The notes under the pieces were generated by a model, which worked only from the letters and a program-made list of their open reading frames with translations, ran no database searches and was not told the origin of the DNA. DNA of 13,785 nucleotides from Candidatus Thorarchaeota archaeon. GTDB taxonomy: Archaea; Asgardarchaeota; Thorarchaeia; Thorarchaeales; Thorarchaeaceae. The translations under genes were made by a program, and so were the position numbers. Numbering within the stretch: position 1 is the first letter of the stretch; each line of letters starts with the position of its first letter. This document shows positions 1 to 8,348 of the stretch, one piece after another. The stretch is taken from positions 2,419,202-2,432,986 of the forward strand of contig CP070761.1 of assembly GCA_020348985.1 (NCBI GenBank), in the 5' to 3' direction.

Positions 1-66
1 AATGTTTTCAAGTATTGCCGTCCTTGCCGCAGATACAGCTTTTGTGAGAGTTTTCAGCATAGTCAT
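1..66 (-). CDS. N-terminal fragment of a CDS running off the left edge (MTMLKTLTKAVSAARTAILENI...), product unknown
   Basis: Not in the ORF track. ATG at 66-64, open frame to position 1, GTGGTA SD-like element upstream, 31 bp after the amidohydrolase stop on the same strand. Too short to assign a family. Confidence 0.55.
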   Translation of the reverse strand, partial: MTMLKTLTKAVSAARTAILENI

Positions 67-97
67 TGGATACCACAACCATTTTTCCTACATTTCA

Positions 98-1039
98 TCA
101 TTCAGGCATTCCATATATCCTGATGGCATTCTTCCAATAGAGCTTCCTAAGCACGGAAATGGGAAGATCTAGCCCATTGATTATTGTCCCTCCAGACTTC
201 TCAGTGTCTGGATCTGTGAATGGCAGTGGTCTTCCTTGAGTACTGGACTCCCACAGAGCCTTCTGGGCAGTGTATCTCCCTTCATAGCCGCTCTTGTTCA
301 TCTCTCTGTAGGATGCGAGGTCGGTCCCAAAGAGAACCCTGTCAGAGTATTTCATCATGAATTCACGTGCCGGTTCAACGTCCTTGCTCAGTTCCCTTGC
401 CATCCACCTTGATGAGGCAGTATCAAGGACAATATTCGGGAAGCGGTCCATCCACCTTGCCAGATTTGGCAGCCTATGTATCTCTGGCTGTGATGCAAAG
501 TGAGGAAGGTGGAACAACAGGCGTGGATGTCGCTCTATAACTCTCTCAAGCTGGGCCAGATGATCCTTCTTGGTTCCATACTTGTCTACGTCTCTGTATT
601 GATTGCCATAGTATGTGTCTGGATCCCCAACATGAATGAGAAGCGGGGTCTTGGTGTCCTCCAATGCTTGAAAGATAGGCTCAAGTCGCGGATCATCTAT
701 AGAGAAGTCGCTGGGAACATCTTCGATGTAGTCCCTCCAACGGGGGCCAAACCAGCTCTTGGCAAGTGAGTATCCCTGGTCTTTCAACCTGCCTATCTCA
801 TCTATAACTGGGTCTACTCTATAGTGTGCAATGTCGGTCAGTGAGAGATATCGTGCGAAGACGAAGCGACCGGGGTATTGCGACCGGACCTCTTCTGGCC
901 CACCATCTGAGTGGTCAATAGCAATCTGTGCAGATATTCCAAACTCCTCTTCGATCTCAACCATTCTTCCGACGGAGACCCCCTGAATGTGAGTATGAGC
1001 ATCAAAGATTGGACCATTGTACTTCCATGATTCTGTCAA
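98..1039 (-). CDS. Metal-dependent amidohydrolase family protein (amidohydrolase_2-like TIM barrel)
   Basis: 313 aa, TTG start. IFDAHTH (DxHxH), LIHVGDP, LPHFAS, LDTAS and VLFGTD motifs, and C-terminal KLYWKNAIRIY, all typical of the family. Confidence 0.88.
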   Translation of the reverse strand: MTESWKYNGPIFDAHTHIQGVSVGRMVEIEEEFGISAQIAIDHSDGGPEEVRSQYPGRFVFARYLSLTDIAHYRVDPVIDEIGRLKDQGYSLAKSWFGPRWRDYIEDVPSDFSIDDPRLEPIFQALEDTKTPLLIHVGDPDTYYGNQYRDVDKYGTKKDHLAQLERVIERHPRLLFHLPHFASQPEIHRLPNLARWMDRFPNIVLDTASSRWMARELSKDVEPAREFMMKYSDRVLFGTDLASYREMNKSGYEGRYTAQKALWESSTQGRPLPFTDPDTEKSGGTIINGLDLPISVLRKLYWKNAIRIYGMPE

Positions 1040-1155
1040 GGTGGACCGCCTACGCAGCTATTCATCTACTGAAGAACGATTCCATATGTGTAGGTCCAGA
1101 CACCCCATTATGTAGATGCTGATTCGGTTGACGACCACATGCTTTGTTATCAACG

Positions 1156-1161
1156 TATAAA
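1156..1161 (+). promoter_or_regulatory. Putative TATA box (TATAAA) for the DinB gene
   Basis: TATAAA lies about 22 bp before in-frame TTG 1184 and about 31 bp before ATG 1193. Confidence 0.4.
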
Positions 1162-1192
1162 TCGAATCAGTCTGAGGCCCACATTGATAGAA

Positions 1193-1696
1193 ATGAGCGT
1201 AGTTGATTTCGTGAAGAGTATGGTTGAGTCCACAAGGGTCCTGCGTGAACGGGCCTTCCAAGGTCTGCAGGAAAACGGATGCAACGATTTGGCCTATCGA
1301 CCTTCAACAGGAATGTCAGCCGTTGGATGGCTCCTCGCTCATCAGGCTGCAGTTTACGACTTCGTGTTGAACATGCTGATTCGAGGCGGCCCACCCAAGA
1401 GTCCAGACTTCTTCTATTCATACCGTGGGGACCCAAGCGACACAGGTGATTGGATAGGAACGCCACTCCCTGAGATTGAAGCTCATTACGGCTCAGCAGA
1501 AAATGATTTCCTGTTTTGGATTGAGAATACATCGGTCGAAGAACTAAATCGCGAACTAGACGAATCATGTATTTCTCAATACCATCAAGGGATGCGCATT
1601 GTTGACGTTATTTCAGATATGCTAGCGCACTTGAATCATCATAACGGACATCTCAATGTTATCAAGAATGATTGGTGTCGATTGAGAGAATCCTGA
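1193..1696 (+). CDS. DinB/YfiT-like superfamily protein (putative thiol S-transferase or metalloprotein)
   Basis: SAVGWLLAH and HLNHHNGH (H...HxxxH) metal triad. Start moved from 1139 to ATG 1193 (MSVVDF) because the candidate TATA box lies inside the longer ORF. Confidence 0.85.
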   Translation: MSVVDFVKSMVESTRVLRERAFQGLQENGCNDLAYRPSTGMSAVGWLLAHQAAVYDFVLNMLIRGGPPKSPDFFYSYRGDPSDTGDWIGTPLPEIEAHYGSAENDFLFWIENTSVEELNRELDESCISQYHQGMRIVDVISDMLAHLNHHNGHLNVIKNDWCRLRES

Positions 1697-1749
1697 TCGA
1701 AAGATTCAGACAGGCAACTCCACATCGGATTGAACAGATTCTTGATGGT

Positions 1750-2589
1750 CTACTCGATCTTCATCTTTTCCAAGAGCTCGAATGATGGTGGTTCCGGGTC
1801 CGGGTCTACTGTCCTGTCCCAATAGAGCTCATCGCAAAATGGATGATTGAACAATGTCACTTGCCTTCTTTGTCCAAGCTTTTCATACATTTGCTCAACA
1901 ATGAATGTTGTAGGATAGCATTGGGCCAAGTAGCCAAACTCAGGATCATCAAGATGCTTGAGAGTATCATAAGAGATACAGTTCACAAACTTGAAGACAT
2001 GCCTATGCTCATCGTAGACGTGAAGCGCGAAATCAAAAGCCTCAGCTTCTGACCAATTTCTAATCGCTTCTTCTCTTAGTTCAGCTACAGACTTTGTATT
2101 CTTCTCCTCAAAGGGCAGACTAGTACGATACTCGACAAAGTCCTTGTAGAGCTGAATCCCTTTCTCTCTTCCAAGAACATCAGCCATTGCCGCTATTCGA
2201 TGATAGCGAGGTACAGAAACGGACCCTATGCTCTTGACCGCTAGCACAGTGACCTTCTCATCATTGAAGCTATGGTCAGCAGACAGTCCTAGGTTCTTGC
2301 AGACGAAGCCAAGAGTGAGCTCGAACAATTCAGGGTATCGTTCAATGAACGGATACTGATCCTTATACTTCTTGAAGTCAAACTTGCCTTCTTTTATTCG
2401 ATATCCGTCAAGCTCTCCGTCCAGTCGCGTCTCAATAGCTTGAACGAACTTGTCCATGATCTCTGGTCTTTTCTCATTCACATACTCAATCATCTTGCTT
2501 GTATCATCGAACGCAGCGTTGATTCTGTCGTTTGGATTCGTTTCTCTAGTTGTATTAGGATCATAGACCTTGTAGGTTTTGTATTTCAT
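1750..2589 (-). CDS. L-2-amino-thiazoline-4-carboxylic acid hydrolase (ATC hydrolase)-like family protein with N-terminal extension
   Basis: 279 aa. The C-terminal half has LGREKGIQLY and three spaced Cys (FVNCISY...YLAQCYP...RQVTLFNHPFCDELYWD), matching this family. Confidence 0.7.
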   Translation of the reverse strand: MKYKTYKVYDPNTTRETNPNDRINAAFDDTSKMIEYVNEKRPEIMDKFVQAIETRLDGELDGYRIKEGKFDFKKYKDQYPFIERYPELFELTLGFVCKNLGLSADHSFNDEKVTVLAVKSIGSVSVPRYHRIAAMADVLGREKGIQLYKDFVEYRTSLPFEEKNTKSVAELREEAIRNWSEAEAFDFALHVYDEHRHVFKFVNCISYDTLKHLDDPEFGYLAQCYPTTFIVEQMYEKLGQRRQVTLFNHPFCDELYWDRTVDPDPEPPSFELLEKMKIE

Positions 2590-2613
2590 ATCCGCGAAAT
2601 CAGCGATGGCAGG

Positions 2614-2619
2614 TTATAA
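2614..2619 (-). promoter_or_regulatory. Putative TATA box (TTATAA); probable leaderless transcript of the ATC-hydrolase-like gene
   Basis: TTATAA ends 25 bp upstream of ATG 2589, the archaeal TATA-to-TSS spacing. No clear SD. Confidence 0.55.
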
Positions 2620-2708
2620 GGGTGGGAATCTGCGCAAGACTGTTCTTTCGCACCAGAAGGAGACTTATTGCTGAAGCAGTTGAGTTTAGGATCTTGGAAG
2701 CTTGCCAA

Positions 2709-4049
2709 CTAAAGCCGCTTTACACACTCGTAGATTATGAAATGTGTCCATCTATCAGCGTCGAAAGCCATTTCACGAGGATTCTGTTGAATCACTTCAG
2801 GTGTAGGCCGCGGTTCAAGAATCTCTGAGATGACGAACCCTGCATCCTTCAAAGCCTTGCTATATTCTTCGAGAGTCCGAACGAACCCCCACGACGGACG
2901 AGACTTCATCCATGTATATTGCTCCCCGCCTGAATCGAAATACCGATCGATCATCTTGAGATATCTTGATTCACCTCTCTGAGAGTCTCGTGGAAATCTA
3001 ACGTCTATTGCGCCTGCCGTTCTACCAAATACAGGATGTACATTGGACCAGATGAATCTCCCATCGTCCTTCAGAACACGTGCAATCTCTTTGAATGCAC
3101 TCTTGTAGTCAAGAACATCCCCCATCACAATGTTGGATACTACAATATCGAACGATTTGGATGCCAGCTCATGCATGTCGGTTATTGATGCCCTGTAAAA
3201 CTTGCACCCCAAGTTCATCTCGGACTCAACCCTTGTACAATAGTGTATGAAAGGCCCAGAGAAATCAACGCCCACTGCTTTTGCGCCCTTGGTGGCAAGT
3301 ACTCTTGTTAGATACCCGTGTCCACAACCCGCATCCAGCACAGAGAGACCACTTACATCCCCTACCAAAGACCACAACGCCGGGTCTATTATGAATTGGC
3401 GATTGGGATCTCCAGTCATGTCAATCTGAGTAAGATCTGCATAATCCTCCGCATTCGCCTCCCATGATTCCTGAGTCTCAGAACGGTCAATCTCATCCTC
3501 AGGGACAGCATGCCTGAGAACACGGAATAGAGTATACTTCAAATCCTCTCTAAGCTCTACAATCCGATTAGGTAACTTGAGAGCCTCAATGAGCTCGATG
3601 TCTTCTCCGGTTCTGATTGCTTTCGGAGACCACAAGGGCGTCCATGGTTCTTGTGATTCAATGTTTGAAACTATGGTTCGATTTCCGAGTTGCCAAGGAT
3701 GTGCACCTTGAAACTCGGCATAGAGCAGATCAAGGTGGTAGTCATCACATTCGTCACAGTAGAACTCGTATGCGTATGTTCGGTCCCAGAATGCAACGGG
3801 TTTCAACGTGGGTTTCCTACAATCACCGCATACCAATTCCTCGGTGGAAGGGCACCAGTGGAACCAGTCGAAGTGGTGTTGCGTACCGCATTTGGAACAC
3901 GTGAATCTAGCATGCCAAGCACATCTGAAGATGTAGTTCTCGAACGTGTAAATGCCATCTCGTATTGGATATCCGCCTTCCTGCTCTACAGTCTCAATCT
4001 TTTCACAGTAATAGCACGGCTGAGTTTCGGCAGGTTTGCAGAATCGCAT
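2709..4049 (-). CDS. Class I SAM-dependent methyltransferase with N-terminal Cys/His-rich (putative multi-zinc) domain
   Basis: Motif I VLDAGCGHG, GVDFS, SFDIVVS and EIARVLKDDGRF in the C-terminal ~260 aa. Eleven Cys in the first ~101 aa, mostly in CxxC/CxxH pairs. AGGAG SD-like element upstream. Confidence 0.88.
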   Translation of the reverse strand: MRFCKPAETQPCYYCEKIETVEQEGGYPIRDGIYTFENYIFRCAWHARFTCSKCGTQHHFDWFHWCPSTEELVCGDCRKPTLKPVAFWDRTYAYEFYCDECDDYHLDLLYAEFQGAHPWQLGNRTIVSNIESQEPWTPLWSPKAIRTGEDIELIEALKLPNRIVELREDLKYTLFRVLRHAVPEDEIDRSETQESWEANAEDYADLTQIDMTGDPNRQFIIDPALWSLVGDVSGLSVLDAGCGHGYLTRVLATKGAKAVGVDFSGPFIHYCTRVESEMNLGCKFYRASITDMHELASKSFDIVVSNIVMGDVLDYKSAFKEIARVLKDDGRFIWSNVHPVFGRTAGAIDVRFPRDSQRGESRYLKMIDRYFDSGGEQYTWMKSRPSWGFVRTLEEYSKALKDAGFVISEILEPRPTPEVIQQNPREMAFDADRWTHFIIYECVKRL

Positions 4050-4156
4050 GATTGACGCTAGGAGAACAGTCTATTCAGTGTTTACAGAAAGTAAGTGCAA
4101 GACCTTTCAACTCCAAAGGCACACTTGAGCCTCCACTTTGACCTCACTGAAGCCGC

Positions 4157-4171
4157 CAAAACAGATTATAA
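4157..4171 (+). promoter_or_regulatory. Putative BRE/TATA (AAAACAGA-TTATAA) for the DUF4386-wHTH gene
   Basis: TTATAA at 4166-4171, about 27 bp before GTG 4198, with a purine-rich 5' flank. Confidence 0.5.
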
Positions 4172-4197
4172 TCGCTATATGATTTCCAACCACGATT

Positions 4198-5058
4198 GTG
4201 AATAGTGAAGATGGAGAGAGTCTGTTGAGTCAGGGTCTAGCTTTGGATAGACGGGAGTGTGCCAGGAATTCGGGAATCTTCATACTTGTCAGACTATTGC
4301 TGGGTTCTTTCGTGTTCCTCTCTTTGGGAACCATTTTCTACGTACCAAGTGAAACAATGATTGCAGCTGCTCAGGGGATCAAAGCCAATGTGTTCTTTTT
4401 CATTGGCGTTATGGCGGTTCTCTTCTTTATGTCGCTCTTCAGTCTAATCATTGGAATCCCACTGAACAACGTATTGACATCAGTAAACAAGTATGTGTCT
4501 AAGGTTGCTTCCAGACTGAGGATGATAGAAGTATTGTTTTTCGTTGCAAGCATGGTGTTGCTGTTTGCCGATGCATCTCTCTTCTTCCAGGTGTTGCTCC
4601 TTGCAGCACTCATCTATGGTCTACATCTTATCATAATTGGATATCTGGTTATCATATCTGGTTACCTAAGTAGATTCGTCGGGGTTCTCCTGATAGGCGG
4701 AGCGTCAATTGGGTATTTATCAGAAATTGTCACTCATTCGTTTATTCCCGGCGTAATTCTGTTATCCACCTACGGCGTGGTTGTAGCTATTATTGGAGAG
4801 GTTTCTCTTGCTCTTGTTCTAATAGTAGAGGCAATGCGGTTGAATCTCGAGAGCCCTGACACAAAAGAGCGGGTAGTTAGAATCTTGGAGCGCCTGGGTG
4901 AAGCAACAACCTCAGAAATCATTCATGAGGCTTCCAAGGAATCAGATGAGTGCAAGGATCGAGTTCCGAAGAATCTGATTGCTTTGGAAAACGAGAGGGT
5001 AATAGCAAAGAGGCTTTCAAAAGAGAAGAAAGGCTATGTTTGGTCACTGGTTGGCTAG
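4198..5058 (+). CDS. DUF4386-like multi-pass membrane protein fused to a C-terminal winged-helix-like domain
   Basis: About 6 hydrophobic segments with DUF4386-type motifs (ARNSG, LRMIE, SGYLSRFVGVLL, IGEVSLAL). The soluble, charged last ~67 aa (ERVVRILERLGEATTSEII...LIALENERVIAKR...KGYVWSL) follow a wHTH helix-helix-helix-hairpin pattern. Confidence 0.72.
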   Translation: MNSEDGESLLSQGLALDRRECARNSGIFILVRLLLGSFVFLSLGTIFYVPSETMIAAAQGIKANVFFFIGVMAVLFFMSLFSLIIGIPLNNVLTSVNKYVSKVASRLRMIEVLFFVASMVLLFADASLFFQVLLLAALIYGLHLIIIGYLVIISGYLSRFVGVLLIGGASIGYLSEIVTHSFIPGVILLSTYGVVVAIIGEVSLALVLIVEAMRLNLESPDTKERVVRILERLGEATTSEIIHEASKESDECKDRVPKNLIALENERVIAKRLSKEKKGYVWSLVG

Positions 5059-5111
5059 ATGACTAGCAGGACCATTTCTCCACCCTAAAGATGAAGATTT
5101 TGGAACATAGC

Positions 5112-6089
5112 CTAGAGTCTCTTCGTCATTGACACACTCTCACGAACTTTCCTGAAACCAAGGCTCTCAATCCTGGAAATTGTGTCTACGCGATGCACTG
5201 AACTATTCACCGTCGCAGTCGTCAGTCCGCTGTAGCCAGATTCAATCTCGAGAATCTTGGGGATGACCTCAATCAACAGTTCGTTATCCTCTTCCTTAAG
5301 AATCGGTGATGAAAGACGAATTCGGTCTTCAATCCTTGATTGAGATGCTTGGATGAAACCACGAGGCTTCTCATCGCCCATCACATAGAAGGCATAAGTG
5401 TTGATTGACTGTCCCGCGAGTCTCTTTGCAAAGAAGCGTATGGCCTTTGAGGGGATGAAGTCCTTGACGTACTTCTCACGTCCTAACACATCTAGGTGTG
5501 ACGCTGGAATGCAATCGTCTAGCATTGGCTCAATGTCTCCAAAAGCGATCTTACCAACTTCACGGATAGACAGATCTTTGGAAGAACTAGCATCACTATC
5601 AATAACTGAGTCTAGGTCAAAGCGACAAATGTGATATGTTGTTTCGAAGCCTTCGGATGTGTACAAACCAACTGCATTCACATTATCAGCCCTTGCATCA
5701 AGTCTAACCCTAGTCCGACCCAACTCAAGAGCCCGCTTGAAAGACAATCGAAGAAGCTCCCTTGCGAGCCCCTGCCTCCTGAATTCTGGATGAGTCATCA
5801 AGTTTCCCACATAGACTTCATTCTTGTCAATATTCAACTGAATCCCACTGGCAATGGTGTCCTCCACTTTGGCTACATAGAATTCCATTCTCATTCCTAT
5901 GATTCGTGCAATAATCTTGTATACACGTGTATGTATCTTCTCCAGTATTTTACGCAATTCATCCGTGTCAAGCCGGTCTTCCTCGATGCTGTTCCTGAAC
6001 GCAATCTCCATGAGTCCAACGAATTCATCTGACTCATGTGGCATTAGCTCTCTTATTCCTCGAGCGGTAGATCCATCTGTAAACATCAT
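5112..6089 (-). CDS. GNAT family N-acetyltransferase, two-domain (canonical N-terminal GNAT plus degenerate C-terminal GNAT-like domain)
   Basis: Acetyl-CoA motif A (LMTHPEFRRQGLARELL) and motif B (NVNAVGLYTSEGF). The C-terminus ends with ISRIESLGF...MTKRL. AGGTGA SD upstream. Confidence 0.88.
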   Translation of the reverse strand: MMFTDGSTARGIRELMPHESDEFVGLMEIAFRNSIEEDRLDTDELRKILEKIHTRVYKIIARIIGMRMEFYVAKVEDTIASGIQLNIDKNEVYVGNLMTHPEFRRQGLARELLRLSFKRALELGRTRVRLDARADNVNAVGLYTSEGFETTYHICRFDLDSVIDSDASSSKDLSIREVGKIAFGDIEPMLDDCIPASHLDVLGREKYVKDFIPSKAIRFFAKRLAGQSINTYAFYVMGDEKPRGFIQASQSRIEDRIRLSSPILKEEDNELLIEVIPKILEIESGYSGLTTATVNSSVHRVDTISRIESLGFRKVRESVSMTKRL

Positions 6090-6325
6090 GATGTGTCACC
6101 TAGCAGTGGTCACTGCCTATTATGATTCTGAGAAGAAGTGGCCAAAAGTCTGGTCACTAACGCATCTTGATGGTTTACTTGGAGAAACTTGGAGTTAAGA
6201 AGGCCCTTTCTGAAGAGGAATGATTTGTGGAGATGGATTATTTTCAAGGTCATTGGATGAAGCACCGAGGAGCTTATCAATGACCATCACTGCTGCAGCC
6301 ATCCACGTGTGAGGAGAAACAACCC

Positions 6326-6691
6326 ATGTTTGGCAAACCAACTGGAGTCGTCCTGCTCGTACTCTTTGTGCTAGTAGCTGCTTTAGCAGATTTTGGTAAT
6401 GGTGGACTGATGTTATTGGGCGACCTCCCTATCCCCGCGGTCTACTCTGCCCTTGGCACTTTCTACGGAGCACTTCTCCTATTTGGTGGAATGATAGGAT
6501 TGTGCCTCATCTATGGCATGTGGAACCTCAAGTCTTGGGCAAGGATTATACTTCAGATTGGCTTTCCAGCTCAAGTAATCTTCAACATAATCCTCGATCC
6601 CGCCATCTTTGAAAACTACTTCCTACTGGCACTCAGCATCATTATTGCCATCTACCTGCAATTGCCCAGCACAAGAGAGCACTTCAGTTGA
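6326..6691 (+). CDS. Small 4-TM hypothetical membrane protein
   Basis: 121 aa with GAGGAG SD. The pattern KPTGV-hydrophobic...YGMWNLKSWAR...IYLQLPSTREHF resembles a widespread archaeal small membrane family. Confidence 0.8.
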   Translation: MFGKPTGVVLLVLFVLVAALADFGNGGLMLLGDLPIPAVYSALGTFYGALLLFGGMIGLCLIYGMWNLKSWARIILQIGFPAQVIFNIILDPAIFENYFLLALSIIIAIYLQLPSTREHFS

Positions 6692-6790
6692 GAATAGACG
6701 CGACACAAGAAAGGAAACGCTGTCATCACAGTGGACTGGCCTCGATGGAAATGATAAGACTTGAATATAGGAAAAGGATAGACCTGCAAA

Positions 6791-7480
6791 TTGGAGAGTG
6801 TCTACTTGGCCATCGAAATTGCCCTGTCTGGTTTTCTCTTTCTGTTTGTTATCATCACAATCACCGCAAGTTCTCAACTTGGCAACAAGATCACTTTTGG
6901 CGAAACAGATCTAGACTCAGATACTTTGCTGCAAAGCATCATTGATGACCCCAAGAGATTCAGAATGAGCGTCTACTTGGCACTCATTGAACATGGCAGT
7001 ATCATCGCATTAGCAATCGTCTTGTTTGTCGCATTTGGCTCCTACAATCTGGTACTGGGTTCCATTTGGGTTGTCGCTCGAACAGTAGAAGGTTTGATCC
7101 TATTTGTCAATGAAAAGAACTACTGGGGGCTTCTCAACTTAGCAGGACGATATTCGGCAACCAGTGGGGACGAAAAGAGCGTGGTGAGTGACTTGGGTCT
7201 CAGTACTCTCAGGACAAAACACCACAGATTCTCCTTTGCTCAGATCCTTTTCTCCATTGGTACACTCGGGTACACAATCCTGTTTGTCACCTACGGTGTT
7301 GTCCCCGCGATTATTGGATGGTTCGGACTAGTCTCGGGAATCATCTATGGCCTGGGCAATGTGATAACTGCTACGAAGCCCGAGAACAGGGTCTTGGCCA
7401 TGTTAGGGGGTCTGATGATATTTCTCTTCGAAGCAGTTCTGGGAATTTGGCTATTGTACTCTTCATTCATCATCCCATAG
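6791..7480 (+). CDS. DUF4386-like membrane protein
   Basis: 229 aa, TTG start, about 6 TMs. ARTVEG (RxxE), VVPAIIGWFG and FLFEAVLGIWLL match the motifs of the paralogue at 10559. Confidence 0.78.
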   Translation: MESVYLAIEIALSGFLFLFVIITITASSQLGNKITFGETDLDSDTLLQSIIDDPKRFRMSVYLALIEHGSIIALAIVLFVAFGSYNLVLGSIWVVARTVEGLILFVNEKNYWGLLNLAGRYSATSGDEKSVVSDLGLSTLRTKHHRFSFAQILFSIGTLGYTILFVTYGVVPAIIGWFGLVSGIIYGLGNVITATKPENRVLAMLGGLMIFLFEAVLGIWLLYSSFIIP

Positions 7481-7640
7481 CAAACATCATTCTATGACAA
7501 TCTCTGGCCAAACCAGTCGTATAGACGCATCAGAATCAAGCGATTTATTACAGGCGGAAACCGGAATAGCTGAACGACACAATGAGGGCTCTTGTGTCAG
7601 AGGAATATCAAGTAGGTATGAAGTTGTAGGAATGCTTTCC

Positions 7641-8318
7641 ATGACCGTAGATACATCTTGGAGAGGAGTAATCAAAGCAGGTGGGCTCTCCTTACTTGCA
7701 GGAGGAATGATTCTCTTCTTGTTCATCCTCTCAATCTTCGTCTTTCAAGTAGAATTGCCACTGACAGCGCAGGGATTCCTTGACAATCCCTTGCCACCAG
7801 CGCTTCTGTTCTCCATGGCTGCACTAGGAGAGTTCTTGTTAATGCCAGGAGTCTTGGGAATTTACTTTTCTCTGAAAGACGTCAATAAGAATAGCGTGTT
7901 TCTGGGAACGGCAATTTGGATCTTTGCTGTGCCCATGTTCCTGGTTTCCCGTGGACAAGTAATATCACTCGTCTCAATTGCTGGTGAATACGCAGCTTCG
8001 ACAGATCCGACCCTGAGAGTGGCCTACTTCGTAGCGATTCAATATGCCTTAGATTTGTCTAATGCCTATGCTGTGATGGCTCTTGACCTTCTAGGCGTAG
8101 GAGGAATCATCTTAGGTTTGGTCATGTTGAAGGGAGTATTCAGTAGGCGCACTGGCTACCTAGTGATATTGGCTGGTGCTTTGACTGTCATGGGCACATT
8201 TGGAGTCATACTGGAGCCCCTGACGATAGGAACCCTATTCGGATTGATTCTAAATGGCGTTTGGCAGGTCATCATAGGCATCAAACTTTACACATTGGGG
8301 GCAAAGGAAGAATCCTAG
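7641..8318 (+). CDS. DUF4386-like membrane protein (divergent subfamily)
   Basis: About 6 TMs; IYFSLKDVNK, SIAGEYAAS, MLKGVFSRRTGYL, WQVIIGIKLY. The first ~46 aa of the 7494 ORF look non-coding, so the start is more likely ATG 7632 or 7641. Confidence 0.68.
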   Translation: MTVDTSWRGVIKAGGLSLLAGGMILFLFILSIFVFQVELPLTAQGFLDNPLPPALLFSMAALGEFLLMPGVLGIYFSLKDVNKNSVFLGTAIWIFAVPMFLVSRGQVISLVSIAGEYAASTDPTLRVAYFVAIQYALDLSNAYAVMALDLLGVGGIILGLVMLKGVFSRRTGYLVILAGALTVMGTFGVILEPLTIGTLFGLILNGVWQVIIGIKLYTLGAKEES

Positions 8319-8348
8319 CGACTAGACAAACTGATGAGGTTTTCAACA

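Noticed and set aside
6103-6116. GCAGTG-GT-CACTGC inverted repeat upstream of the GNAT gene
   Set aside because: Six-bp arms with a 2-nt spacer and a single occurrence. It could be an operator but cannot be told from chance.
6688-6945. 85-aa + ORF overlapping the stop of the 4-TM gene
   Set aside because: It overlaps the DUF4386-like gene at 6791 out of frame by about 155 bp and does not look protein-like.
7494-7640. N-terminal extension of the 274-aa ORF
   Set aside because: Hydrophilic, unlike the paralogues, and contains TATA-like tracts, so it is more likely intergenic. The extensions at 1139-1192, 8334-8348 and 10496-10558 were trimmed on similar promoter/SD grounds.
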